Positions 44,567-55,097 of a stretch of 64,000 nt of DNA are shown here, one piece after another. The notes below the pieces were generated by a model, which had not been told where the DNA came from, did not search any database, and saw only the letters and a program-made list of their open reading frames with translations. The translations under genes and the position numbers were made by a program. The stretch lies in contig OY969585.1 in NCBI GenBank assembly GCA_963701295.1, positions 2,752,001 through 2,816,000 of the forward strand, written 5' to 3'. Origin of the DNA: Ignavibacteriota bacterium (GTDB lineage Bacteria > Bacteroidota > Ignavibacteria > UBA10030). Positions within the stretch are counted from its first letter, which is position 1. The number at the start of each line of letters is the position of its first letter.

Positions 44567-45634
44567 CTAAAATAGCAAACTCACACCTACAGCTTGTACA
44601 CCGCCAAGGATTCCGATACTTCTATAAGCATATTCCACTTTTATGCTTTGATTGGACATCGTATTCACCTGTAAACCTATTCCGTACGACGCGCCATATT
44701 GCGAGTCTTCCATAAAGAGGGCTTTATACCCTCCGCGCAGAAATATTTTTCCGAAACTCGGAAAGTTCAGCGAGTATTGTGCTCCAACATTGACTGATTC
44801 ACTATTGTTGTTTGGGTGCAACGCATCCACCGAGAGAATGATCTCGTGAACATCGGTCAGAAGAGGTGTTACAGAGACTCCAACTCGGAAAATCAACGGC
44901 AATTCCCACTCTTGTGTCGAAAGTCTTCCGGGTGCACTTTGATAATTTCCAGCAGAATTGGGATCTACATCAATCGGAGTTAAAAGATCGAGGCCATCGT
45001 ATTTGAGTGTCGTACCATAATTGGAAATACTCATACCGATATTGAGTCCGTGTTCGTTTCTGCTTGTGGGAGAGAAGAAATCTGTTTTGATAAGGACACC
45101 TAAATCAAAAGCAAGTGCCGACGCACTTTCGTGCCAAATAGAACTGGTGACAATCTTGCCCGTAGCTCCAACAGAAAACCATTCCGTAAGGTTTCTTGCA
45201 AATGAAAGGCTAAAAGCCATGTCTCTGGCCGTGAACTTTTCTCCTGTGCCTTCCTGCATACTCATTGTTGTTACGTCCATATCCCCATAATCCATCATAA
45301 TAAAGTTTGCACCAATAGTTCCAAAACTCGGTATGATGATGCCGACCCCCCCAAACGTTGTGTTCATCCCTACCAGCCAGGGTTGAGTGACGAACATGAC
45401 TTCACTTCTGCTCATCTGTGCAAGTCCTGCAGGATTCCAATAGCTTGAAGATGCATCATTCGCTAAACTTACATATGCATCACCCAAAGCACTTCCTGCT
45501 GCCCCATAACCTATTTCCAGAAAATTGGCCGATGTCGTGCCAGCTCGCATCGGCTTCTGTGCAAATGAAGAGATCGACATGATCATCATTGCCGCGATGA
45601 GTACGATCGATCTGTTGAATGAATGTTGTCTCAT
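44567..45634 (-). CDS. PorV/PorQ-family (UPF0164) outer-membrane beta-barrel
   Basis: FLEIGYGAAGSALGDAYVSLANDASSSYWNPAGLA, FDLGV, LPLIFRVG and terminal Phe. Confidence 0.88.
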   Translation of the reverse strand: MRQHSFNRSIVLIAAMMIMSISSFAQKPMRAGTTSANFLEIGYGAAGSALGDAYVSLANDASSSYWNPAGLAQMSRSEVMFVTQPWLVGMNTTFGGVGIIIPSFGTIGANFIMMDYGDMDVTTMSMQEGTGEKFTARDMAFSLSFARNLTEWFSVGATGKIVTSSIWHESASALAFDLGVLIKTDFFSPTSRNEHGLNIGMSISNYGTTLKYDGLDLLTPIDVDPNSAGNYQSAPGRLSTQEWELPLIFRVGVSVTPLLTDVHEIILSVDALHPNNNSESVNVGAQYSLNFPSFGKIFLRGGYKALFMEDSQYGASYGIGLQVNTMSNQSIKVEYAYRSIGILGGVQAVGVSLLF

Positions 45635-45668
45635 AGGATTCTCTCTCTTTATTTTGCTCAATAATTAT

Positions 45669-48600
45669 TTATTTGATTACTGCAAATTTACCGAGTTTTT
45701 CCTTTCCAGTGACATTTGATTTTATATGGTATATGTAGACGCCTGCAGCAATGTCCAATCCTTCTTTGGTCAGCATATTCCATTTATACGTGCCATTATC
45801 TGGAGCGTTATCGATATCAATCTGCCGTATAAATACTCCGCTCGATGTAAATATTTTTAAGGTACTTTGCGCGGGGATGTGTGTAAAGAGCAGAACTCGT
45901 TGCTGATTAAACCCTTGATTTGCTATGTAGGGTTCCATTGTGTTAGTTACAAGATACGGATTAGGCACTACCTTAATTTGCGACATATCATCATCTATCT
46001 TTGATACATTTGTAATATTCGCAAGGTTTACTATAAACATAATCGAATCTTTCAGCGCGTTTATAAATTTCATACGATAGACATCGCCTGGATGGGGCAT
46101 CCCATTGGGAAAGCGAAAGCCAAATATTGTCCCGGCTGTTGCAATTTGACCAGGATTGGGAGTAATAGTATATGATACAAGCACAAAATCAGAATCCGGA
46201 TCGTACCTCCCATTGCCATTCACATCTTGCACCACCATATCAAGCTGTTCATAGCCTTTATACCCTGCAGCCGTTGAATCTCGAAATGACTTGTTAATTA
46301 TGTGGAATGGAAATGATTGACCTAACAATGCTTTCGCTGGCATAACTATTTTATTGGTGACATCATAAATACTGGTCGGGTTCGTTTTCCGATTGATTAT
46401 CGATTTGTACGATGGTTCCAGAGTCGTATCAATAAATATAATATCGTAGTCATAAGCAAAATAGAGTGAGCGTACGATGTTGCGCTCTATGTCAATCGGT
46501 ATGGCTCCCGTCTGCCAGCCGCTGCCCAAACTGTCAAACGCAGGAATATCTGAGAATGGCTTTATCAAGAACTGCATGCCATCAGTCACATTCGTTGTTA
46601 TACCGCTGCTGCTGGGCCGCAAGAAAGTTAAAGGAGCGTTGCCAATGGTGTCTGTTTTTTTTACCCAGTTACTCGGGATGTTATCGGTTGGAGTTTCCTT
46701 GCAAAGGACTGTATCATTTAACGTGGCATCTGAGATAGAATAACCTGTTGTGGAAAGGAATGCATCTCGTTTACTTCGGCTAGATGCACTTGCATAAGAA
46801 GCGATGGTATCAGCATGGAACTTGATTTTATACAAGTGATTGGCTTTAATGAGGTCCGAATTGAAAAATGTTGACTGAATCGTACAGCTTCCTAATACAT
46901 TTGCAGAGTCGATGAAATTTATTTTAGGATCACTATACCCTGCTGCTCGTTGATGTGGCGTAACCACTTGAACATTAGATCCCATCGACAGGATATTCCC
47001 AGATTCGTCAATATCAATTGTTATATTGTTTTCTGTTGGAGGGATGTTTACTGCAAGATTTCCTACTCCTTTCAAACCATAATTATATGCGCATAATGCA
47101 TAGTAATATGTTCGTCCGTTTTGGACATCATTATCAATATAGCAATGTGTAATGCCAGAGTTGTTTCCAAGATAATACGAGAGGCCGTTGTTTTGCGCAT
47201 AATCGGCAAAACCAGAATAAGAATCTATAAGATCGCACTGGAATATCGGTAACTTACCTGCTGCGTTGCCGTACCCATCGCGGAGAACTTCTGCATCCTG
47301 AAAATATTTATCAGTGGCCTTGTATAACTTGTACCCTTCAAAGTCATTTATACCGCCTAAAAACGGCTGACGCGTGAGCTTGTCAGCTCTATTGTCCCAG
47401 TACAGATAGACTTTACCATCAGCAGCTTTGGCAGTGAGCGTTGGAGTAAGCGGTGGTTGTGCAAATCGATAACTGTTTCTATAAATGGATTGAACGATTT
47501 TTAACTTCGAATAGAGAGAAGGTGCCGGGTGATTGTCCGCGGCATTATTCAAACCAGTGAGATCATCGTACGAATTCACATTTGCCATCGAAAGACGTTC
47601 AGTTCTTCCCTGTTCAAGACGAAACGTACCTGACCCAAAAGCAGCATAGAGGTTCGCTGGCTTTCCGGGATATGGCGCAAGCCGGTGAGCAGCAAGCGTA
47701 TCATAAACTACCGGATCATCCCAAAGTTGAAGAGCGCCATCCTTTTGCGGATGCGGAAACATGACAAACGAAGTAAGACCGATCATATCTGATTCGCCTA
47801 CGTCTGTACTCGCAAAATTCGGCTCTGCACCAACACCATCCTTAAAATCGGGTTTGTGATTACACTCTGTGCCATCGGCATCGGGCCCTGTATAGTTAAG
47901 GTCGCTAGGGCCGACACCATCAAGCCCAATATCATCGCCTGCGTCTTCACCATTATCATATACTCCATTTCCATTTTTATCGTTGCCATCCACCCAATCG
48001 CCATTTTCATCAGCAGGCCACCAGACTCCATTCTGTATTGCAGGCACTTGATCCAAGCTTGCATAGCCGAAGTAAGCACAAAATTTGGCTGTGTCATGTG
48101 TTGCGATAAATGCCGCACGTACCGCATCCTTTCCTACAATCTTAGGAGGCAAGCCATGCCATGAATCTTCTGCGGTGTTGTCGCGCCGCTCATCGACCAT
48201 ACCATTATTATTATTATCTATCCCATCTGTATAGTTACCGGGGCTTTCGAGAAACGCCCATCCACTTACACAGGGTTTCCCACCTCCAAAACCAGTTCCA
48301 CTCAGCGACCATGTGTACATGAAACTTTGAGGAACATCGTAATACCCGACTTGATCCTCTGCTGCAGACGTGGGTGATTTGTTGCCGTTGGCTGCATCAA
48401 GATAAAATCCAAACACTGCTCGCGTTAAGTCGTAATCTGAAATATTTGAAATGTTATATTCGAAGAAAACAGCATCCCTCGCCTCTTGATTATTCCATTG
48501 ATATGCCCGAATTTCAGCACGTATTCCTAACCCACCCCAGGGATCTCCCTTCTGGATAGAGATATCATTTGGATGAAGATCGCCAATTTTCACTTTAGGT

Positions 48601-49319
48601 CGTGGATAAAATTTTACGGGTAGGTTTGGCTGTAGATTTTCCTGATCCTGTGCATCGTTACAAACCCAATAAGCTTCAAGATCGGCATACTTCACTCCTC
48701 TACCAAATCTACCATTCCACTCTCCAGGCCACTTCGTATCCATTCCACGGGAGGGCCATCCTGTTAGAGGCCATGATCCAGAATTATTGCTCATAGCTGG
48801 AGTTTCACCTGCTGGATTGAAATAGCCAAACACAGGGTAGAATCCCCACTCATAGGGCTCGACACCGTTTCCTATCGGATGCGGCACCGGACCATCCATG
48901 AAGCCAGGCTGAATCGAGGAACTCTGTATATATTTTATTGTATCCAATAGTCCCTGGCTTAAAAGACTCTGGATTTCCGCTTCATTAGTAACGGGAACGG
49001 AATCAAATGGGCAAGTAGGGCATTTTTTAATAAACACCATATTGCCGACAACGAGATTAAAGCTGTCGAATACGTTCAGTCCCGTTGCATCATTTGGCCA
49101 AAGAGAAACAAGCGGACTTGGCCACCCTCCGAAAGAAACTTTGTTGATTATCTGCAGAGAAACCCTGTTGCCGTTCATCAAACCTAATCGGCTCGCACTG
49201 GGATCACCCGCTTCATCTGTTGGTCCTTGGTACGGAATACTTTGTGCTTTTAGTTCTGTCCTTAACAATACCATGCTCACAGCAAATAAAAGCAGTGTGA
49301 CATAACGATGAAAATTCAT
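45669..49319 (-). CDS. Large (1216 aa) secreted protein with Ca-binding DxNxNG motifs, Fn3-like domain and divergent T9SS-like CTD
   Basis: Signal peptide, DGIDNNNNGMVDE, DKNGNGVYD, DVNGNGRYD, Fn3-like LTAKAADGKVYLYW...YYYALCAY, and C-terminal IKVVPNPY...GVYIYHI...GKFAVIK. RBS AGGAG. Confidence 0.75.
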   Translation of the reverse strand: MNFHRYVTLLLFAVSMVLLRTELKAQSIPYQGPTDEAGDPSASRLGLMNGNRVSLQIINKVSFGGWPSPLVSLWPNDATGLNVFDSFNLVVGNMVFIKKCPTCPFDSVPVTNEAEIQSLLSQGLLDTIKYIQSSSIQPGFMDGPVPHPIGNGVEPYEWGFYPVFGYFNPAGETPAMSNNSGSWPLTGWPSRGMDTKWPGEWNGRFGRGVKYADLEAYWVCNDAQDQENLQPNLPVKFYPRPKVKIGDLHPNDISIQKGDPWGGLGIRAEIRAYQWNNQEARDAVFFEYNISNISDYDLTRAVFGFYLDAANGNKSPTSAAEDQVGYYDVPQSFMYTWSLSGTGFGGGKPCVSGWAFLESPGNYTDGIDNNNNGMVDERRDNTAEDSWHGLPPKIVGKDAVRAAFIATHDTAKFCAYFGYASLDQVPAIQNGVWWPADENGDWVDGNDKNGNGVYDNGEDAGDDIGLDGVGPSDLNYTGPDADGTECNHKPDFKDGVGAEPNFASTDVGESDMIGLTSFVMFPHPQKDGALQLWDDPVVYDTLAAHRLAPYPGKPANLYAAFGSGTFRLEQGRTERLSMANVNSYDDLTGLNNAADNHPAPSLYSKLKIVQSIYRNSYRFAQPPLTPTLTAKAADGKVYLYWDNRADKLTRQPFLGGINDFEGYKLYKATDKYFQDAEVLRDGYGNAAGKLPIFQCDLIDSYSGFADYAQNNGLSYYLGNNSGITHCYIDNDVQNGRTYYYALCAYNYGLKGVGNLAVNIPPTENNITIDIDESGNILSMGSNVQVVTPHQRAAGYSDPKINFIDSANVLGSCTIQSTFFNSDLIKANHLYKIKFHADTIASYASASSRSKRDAFLSTTGYSISDATLNDTVLCKETPTDNIPSNWVKKTDTIGNAPLTFLRPSSSGITTNVTDGMQFLIKPFSDIPAFDSLGSGWQTGAIPIDIERNIVRSLYFAYDYDIIFIDTTLEPSYKSIINRKTNPTSIYDVTNKIVMPAKALLGQSFPFHIINKSFRDSTAAGYKGYEQLDMVVQDVNGNGRYDPDSDFVLVSYTITPNPGQIATAGTIFGFRFPNGMPHPGDVYRMKFINALKDSIMFIVNLANITNVSKIDDDMSQIKVVPNPYLVTNTMEPYIANQGFNQQRVLLFTHIPAQSTLKIFTSSGVFIRQIDIDNAPDNGTYKWNMLTKEGLDIAAGVYIYHIKSNVTGKEKLGKFAVIK

Positions 49320-49370
49320 AACTCTCTCCTTATAGAATATAGTTCTTATCTTGCTTTCTCAACAACTTAC

Positions 49371-52172
49371 TTAAAACATAAATTCAAGTCCCAATTTTAT
49401 AAACCTGGGATTTGTGAAGTTAGATGGATCGTCATCCCTATTGTAAATCGTACTGAAGTTGCTCCGATAGGCAGTAAAATCAGTTGGTAGATAAATTACG
49501 TCATTTGCTCGCCCTGTTGTCGCGTTCACAGTTTGTTCATTGAGCCTGTCGAAGAGATTGTAGACAAGCAGCGTTAGTCTTGTACGAGTCTTTCCTGCTG
49601 TCCATAAGTTGACAAAGGCATTGAGATCGAACGAGACCTGAACTGGCTTTGTAGAATTATTGAGCTGAAGGTTGACATTTGCTTGTGGACTTGACGATAG
49701 AGGCGCCCATGTGTACGGTTCACCGGAATCAAAACGTCCGATGATTGAACAGCCATAACTTTCTGTAATATATGCAAGCGACGCATTGAGTGTATGCCGT
49801 TGATCAAAGTCCATAGGAACGAGAACAACTACTGAATCTAGCCTTTGGCCGGCACGTGTAAAATTTTGCGTCGGAGTATTAGAATTACCGCGCGTATACT
49901 GAAGTGTATAATTTATTCCGGCCGACCAATTACCTGAGGAATAATCATATTTAAGTTCCAGCCCGCGTACATTTCCATAATCTTTGTTGCTGTATAATCC
50001 ATAATGAATTGCATTATACGTCATGATGGTTTGTGTGCCTAACAGATCGTATATATCGCGATAATAGACTGCAACTTCCAAACTCATCGACGAACTTAAT
50101 TCTTGCCACAAGCCAGTTTCATATTGAATGGTTTTTTGGGGCTTCACAAGCGGATTACCCATGAGGACTGAATAATCGCCTCCGACAACATGATAATGGT
50201 CTGTGTACAATGCATACAGCGGCGGCATCTGGAAAAAATGTCCATAAGAGAATCGAAGAAGCGCTGTTTCACCTAGTTTATATGAAAGACCTAAACGTGG
50301 GCTGAGTTGGCTATTGGCTGGAGCTAATGGGTATACGCTTTGAGGACTATTAATTATGGAATTGTCTGGATTTCGAGGATCAGATGGATAAGTGATGTTC
50401 GGTTCGAAGTAATCATACCTCAGACCGAAGTTGATAACCATGAGATCAAACTCCATTTTATCCTGCAAATACAACGCACATTCCCACGGTTGTACTGAAT
50501 AGATATCTGTTGATGGTGATTTCGGATCAGTAACGAGTAATGGTTTATAATTAAGATATATTCTATTTCCATCAATTATAGTATCTAGATTTCCACCTTG
50601 GTTCACAATCGTAGAGTTGAAGCGATTAATATTATGCCGAGTAAAATCGATCCCGGATTTCAACGTATGATGTTTGTTCAACTGCCATGTAGCATCAAAT
50701 TTAACTTTGTAATCTTCAATCCAGTTGTTATCCCAAGTTTTATCCTGGCCTCCCGTAGAAAATCCTGGTCCCGTTTCACTTGAATAATTATCGCTCACAT
50801 AGCTATAAACAGGCAGCCCAATCACATTTAGGCTATCTCCGCCAGCGGAATTTTTTATAGTTTCCATCGGGTTTTTAAAGCAATAGATGGCATTCCAGTC
50901 TTTAAAATAGCTCGCTTTCAATTCATAGAAAAATGAAGACGAGAGTGCATGGTTCAGCGTCGCTGTAAGTAGTTGTGATGTTTCATAATTGGTTGCCATT
51001 CCTTCCGGATTGTATTTGTAAAAGTGATTATAGGTTCCGCGCCCACTGCTTCCATTATCACCTTTGGCATCATTATAAGAATACTCGAGCGAAGACCTTA
51101 TATTCTGCCATGGTTTAAAGGAAAGTTTTCCGTAAAAGGTCATATTCGTACTCGTTTCTATTGGCACAACAGCATTGTCTCCCGTATGATCTGATTGCCA
51201 TTGCGTCGGATCTTGTGCTTCCCAATTACTATAATTATCCGGTTTAAAGCGGCGTATACCGTTACGCGGACCGACATTATTTTGGTAACGACCGTTGACA
51301 AAAAAGGTAAGTGCATTTCCAATAACGGGACCTTCGAGATATAATTTATAGTCTTCGTTCCCGTTTCGGGAAAAATCAGATAATCGTGACAACGCGAGAT
51401 TGTTAAAAACATCTGTGTTCGATGTAAAATAATCACCCGCAGAAGCTGAGGCAGAACCCTTGAACGTGCTGCCTCCATCCTTTGTAATTGCGTTGACCAC
51501 TCCGCTCATCGCATTGCCATATTCAGCATTAAATGTTCCTGTGATGACTTCAACTTCCTCAATGGCTTCGTTCTCCACCGTTACTGATCTCCCAAGATTA
51601 TACGCCTCCTGTACTTTGACGCCATTGACAAGATACGCTACCTCGTTGTCTCGTCCGCCTCGAAAATGCCCGCGCACAACACCGGCTTGCAACCCTACGA
51701 CTTGGTCAAGGTTTTCAACCGGAAGCGCATTCATTTGCTCAGAAGTTATGTTACTTACTGAACTTGTTTGATCCTTCTTCTGTTGAATACGCTCAACAGT
51801 AACAACAACTTCCTTTTCCTGAATCACTCCTTCTTTTAGTTTGAAGTCTGCTGTAGTCGTTCTGTTGACCGATATTACAAGGTCTCGGATCACCACCGGT
51901 TCATACCCAATCATGCTCGCACGTAATCGATACGTGCCTGGAGGGACGTTAATAATAAAATAATCGCCATCAACATCTGTTACAGTCCCCATACTTGTCT
52001 TTTCAATGGTAATATTTACTCCTATCAAAGGCACACCTCCTGCATCGGTTACCCTGCCTGAAATCTTTCCAGTGGTCTGAGCAAGACCTATAGCTGTCAG
52101 TGTGGATAGAAGCATTATCATAATGCACACTATCTGGATCTGCCATTTTACTGTGAATTGAATATTTGCCAT
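49371..52172 (-). CDS. TonB-dependent receptor (non-SusC type) with N-terminal carboxypeptidase-regulatory-like domain
   Basis: GKISGRVTD N-terminal domain, plug HFRGGR...TGTFNAEYGNAMSGVVN, GLRYD, SPRLG, RFSYGHFFQ and terminal Phe. RBS GGAGG. Confidence 0.93.
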   Translation of the reverse strand: MANIQFTVKWQIQIVCIMIMLLSTLTAIGLAQTTGKISGRVTDAGGVPLIGVNITIEKTSMGTVTDVDGDYFIINVPPGTYRLRASMIGYEPVVIRDLVISVNRTTTADFKLKEGVIQEKEVVVTVERIQQKKDQTSSVSNITSEQMNALPVENLDQVVGLQAGVVRGHFRGGRDNEVAYLVNGVKVQEAYNLGRSVTVENEAIEEVEVITGTFNAEYGNAMSGVVNAITKDGGSTFKGSASASAGDYFTSNTDVFNNLALSRLSDFSRNGNEDYKLYLEGPVIGNALTFFVNGRYQNNVGPRNGIRRFKPDNYSNWEAQDPTQWQSDHTGDNAVVPIETSTNMTFYGKLSFKPWQNIRSSLEYSYNDAKGDNGSSGRGTYNHFYKYNPEGMATNYETSQLLTATLNHALSSSFFYELKASYFKDWNAIYCFKNPMETIKNSAGGDSLNVIGLPVYSYVSDNYSSETGPGFSTGGQDKTWDNNWIEDYKVKFDATWQLNKHHTLKSGIDFTRHNINRFNSTIVNQGGNLDTIIDGNRIYLNYKPLLVTDPKSPSTDIYSVQPWECALYLQDKMEFDLMVINFGLRYDYFEPNITYPSDPRNPDNSIINSPQSVYPLAPANSQLSPRLGLSYKLGETALLRFSYGHFFQMPPLYALYTDHYHVVGGDYSVLMGNPLVKPQKTIQYETGLWQELSSSMSLEVAVYYRDIYDLLGTQTIMTYNAIHYGLYSNKDYGNVRGLELKYDYSSGNWSAGINYTLQYTRGNSNTPTQNFTRAGQRLDSVVVLVPMDFDQRHTLNASLAYITESYGCSIIGRFDSGEPYTWAPLSSSPQANVNLQLNNSTKPVQVSFDLNAFVNLWTAGKTRTRLTLLVYNLFDRLNEQTVNATTGRANDVIYLPTDFTAYRSNFSTIYNRDDDPSNFTNPRFIKLGLEFMF

Positions 52173-52652
52173 ATAAGAAATCCTCCAATATTTCCTTCTC
52201 AGAATCTTCCGAGCAAAAAGCTTCTCCTTTCGCCAGAAATGAATCTAGAGATAATCGTGAATTTATCTTGTTATTTGAGAACTCAGTAAATACCACTTCA
52301 TATAAAGAAAATTATTCTCTTTCCTTTACGGGGATTTGAACCCGTTTGAAAAGTACTGCCCACGAATGTATCGCTTTCATCTCTTTCTTATACTAAACTC
52401 AAAATCCCAAACTCTTTGAACTCTTCAATGACACTATGAAAATATCCTACTTGAGCAATAATAATTTCTTTACATCCGTGAAATTCTCTGTCTGTAAATT
52501 ATAGAAATATACTCCGCTCGATGTATTCGACGCCTCATAACAAATTTCAATATTTCCTGTTATTTGTTTCTTGCTATATATGAGCGTTGCATTTACAGGA
52601 AATGTCAATCTTCTTCAGATGTTGGAAGAAGAACATAAAAATAATCGGAAAC

Positions 52653-54890
52653 TCATCGCTTGCTTACTTCTTTGTTTTTTTTCACTTCCTTTTCAAATCT
52701 TGTTTTCAATCGCAGTACTTGTGGATCATTGTCCCCTTGCAGTCTGGCATAATCATTGAATGCTGCTCTCGCTTCACGTATGTTTCCTTTCAATAAATGC
52801 AGAATGCATAAGCTGTGAGAGAGTGACGGGTCTTCTTTGATTTCTTTGTGTGCTTTTTCCAAATATGAAAGCGCGCGAAGATCCTTCTGAAAAAAAAGAA
52901 TTTTTCCAATGAGCAGATTGGTATATGCTATTTCTTGAATTGCGTTGGCTTCTTTCAGCACTGTCAAGGCTTGAGAAAGTTGACCGTTCATCCTCAATGC
53001 TTCAGCTCTATCGATATATGATTTTATAGTATTGGGAATAAGGATTGATACAACGGTCGCAGTGCCAGACTCCTGGAAGGAAGGATTCAATTTCTTAAGC
53101 AGTGAAAGTGTTTTTGCAGCTTCATCTACCAATCCAGAATCTTTTAATATCCGATATTTGAGTTTTTGAACCTGAAAAATATTATTCTCACCCGCTGCAA
53201 GTTGCTGCAATATATCGACGCAATGTAGTGCTTCATGAAAGTTTCTCTGAGATAAATAGAGAGAGGCAAGTATAAATTGTACATGCGAACTAGTATCGGG
53301 ATTAGGTGATTCTCTCAAATAGCGAATTGCATTTGTATCATCGTGTGATTTGGCAGCAAAGTCGGATGCATAGTAAAATGCTAATGCGTTTGATGGATTG
53401 CTATACGCAATAGATAAATATTCTTTTGAGGCACGTTTGAAATCAGCAAACGATTCATAGTATTCGGCGAGCTGCTTATGAGCTATTTCAGAGCTTACAT
53501 TATCATATCTCACACTCATAAATGCTAAAGAATCGACAATGCCGTTCGGAGTGTATGTAAAGAAAAAATTATTTACCGTTGTCTCGGGTTGGAATGGCCA
53601 ACCTGCTTTCAAACGCTTAATCCGAATGACAGCAATCATGCTATCAAGCTCTGTGAAACCCCAATGTTGCCTGTAATATGTCCACGGCAGTATTCTTGTG
53701 GTGTCCCAGTGTTTTTCAATGAATCCGTTTTCTTTCAGTGCCTGAAAAAATCCTTCAGCCATTAAAAAATATCCATCAACATTTGGGTGCAGATGTTCTA
53801 TCATGAAATTATTCCCAACAATTCCGTGTGGCGAGATACTCTCGAAAAGAGATTTCATTGAAACGTGTGGTATAGTCATGGAATCAGCAAGAGCAACAAT
53901 TCGTTTATTGATGTCTTCTGGCGCTCGGAATCGAATGATATCCAAATCCTTCGCTCGCAAATACTCTTCCTTTGCTTCGGAAAAACGTTGTGTGCCTTCA
54001 AGATGGCTTGCGTTGATATAAACCGAATCTGCTGGAGGATACTCATCATAACGCATCGAGCGGAATGGAGGTATATCCTTTTCATTGCTCACAAGGTCAC
54101 TGATAATAACCGATATACCTGCGCGCTTCAATTTCTCAAACAATTGAGTCATATTGTCATTGAACTGCTCTAATCCGTCTAAATACATTTGCGAATTATA
54201 TGGAATGAGATTCCTTCCTACCATTCTTTCCATCAGCGTGCTTTTTGCATCTTCTTGCTTCATTTGGTGCGTACCCTTATAAATTGTACTAATGGCTTTT
54301 TGAAGCAATTGATATGTTCGCAAATGAATAAGCTTCAAATGCAGCTTCTTTAGCCATGTCGGAATCGAACCGTTTTCCATTGAGGCAACACCCAAAGCAC
54401 CATAGTATTCATTGTGCCCAGTATATATCAGGACTGCATCTGGCTGTTGTTGTAACAGTTCATCTACAAAATCAAGGAGAGTATAACTATTGACCGCGGT
54501 CAAACCGAGATTAACAACTTCAATAATACGGTTGGGGAAAATATCTTGAAGGCGCCGCTGTAAAATTCTTGTGAACGCAACATTTTCATCATACGGAAAA
54601 CCTTGTACAGTAGATTCTCCCAGAACGAATATTCTATACCCATTGGTCGGCTTCTCTTTTAAGAAAAGGTCAGGAATAGGTATCGTATGTTCAAATTTAC
54701 TAAAATATCTTTTCCCCACTAATTGATTGCACACAAGATATTTTGAATCCTGACTTACAACAAAAAGTTTTAAATCATCGCCATAAGAAAATAATCTTAG
54801 CACAACTTCTAACAATATTAATAGTAAGAAGGGAAAAGTCACAATTATTATGTAGAATAAAACTTTTTTACGATTACTAAACTTGGGCAT
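52653..54890 (-). CDS. Membrane-anchored SGNH/GDSL-hydrolase-like protein with C-terminal TPRs
   Basis: N-terminal TM helix, LGEST (block I), GHNEYYG (block III), EHLHPN (block V) and TPR helices. Confidence 0.8.
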   Translation of the reverse strand: MPKFSNRKKVLFYIIIVTFPFLLLILLEVVLRLFSYGDDLKLFVVSQDSKYLVCNQLVGKRYFSKFEHTIPIPDLFLKEKPTNGYRIFVLGESTVQGFPYDENVAFTRILQRRLQDIFPNRIIEVVNLGLTAVNSYTLLDFVDELLQQQPDAVLIYTGHNEYYGALGVASMENGSIPTWLKKLHLKLIHLRTYQLLQKAISTIYKGTHQMKQEDAKSTLMERMVGRNLIPYNSQMYLDGLEQFNDNMTQLFEKLKRAGISVIISDLVSNEKDIPPFRSMRYDEYPPADSVYINASHLEGTQRFSEAKEEYLRAKDLDIIRFRAPEDINKRIVALADSMTIPHVSMKSLFESISPHGIVGNNFMIEHLHPNVDGYFLMAEGFFQALKENGFIEKHWDTTRILPWTYYRQHWGFTELDSMIAVIRIKRLKAGWPFQPETTVNNFFFTYTPNGIVDSLAFMSVRYDNVSSEIAHKQLAEYYESFADFKRASKEYLSIAYSNPSNALAFYYASDFAAKSHDDTNAIRYLRESPNPDTSSHVQFILASLYLSQRNFHEALHCVDILQQLAAGENNIFQVQKLKYRILKDSGLVDEAAKTLSLLKKLNPSFQESGTATVVSILIPNTIKSYIDRAEALRMNGQLSQALTVLKEANAIQEIAYTNLLIGKILFFQKDLRALSYLEKAHKEIKEDPSLSHSLCILHLLKGNIREARAAFNDYARLQGDNDPQVLRLKTRFEKEVKKNKEVSKR

Positions 54891-55097
54891 ATTACTTTTA
54901 TATTGATTTGGAATTCTATCGATATCTATTACTTACAATTATGTATCAAAGATTAAATCATTTTATATGAAAAAACTTCTCTCTTTTATTTGGCGTATTC
55001 ATCTTTTCCTCCAGATGATTTCTTATTTCTGGTCACTCCTTATCTTATCATCGGTAAAAAGATAATCTTCTTCATTCAACTAACCTGAAACTTTTCT

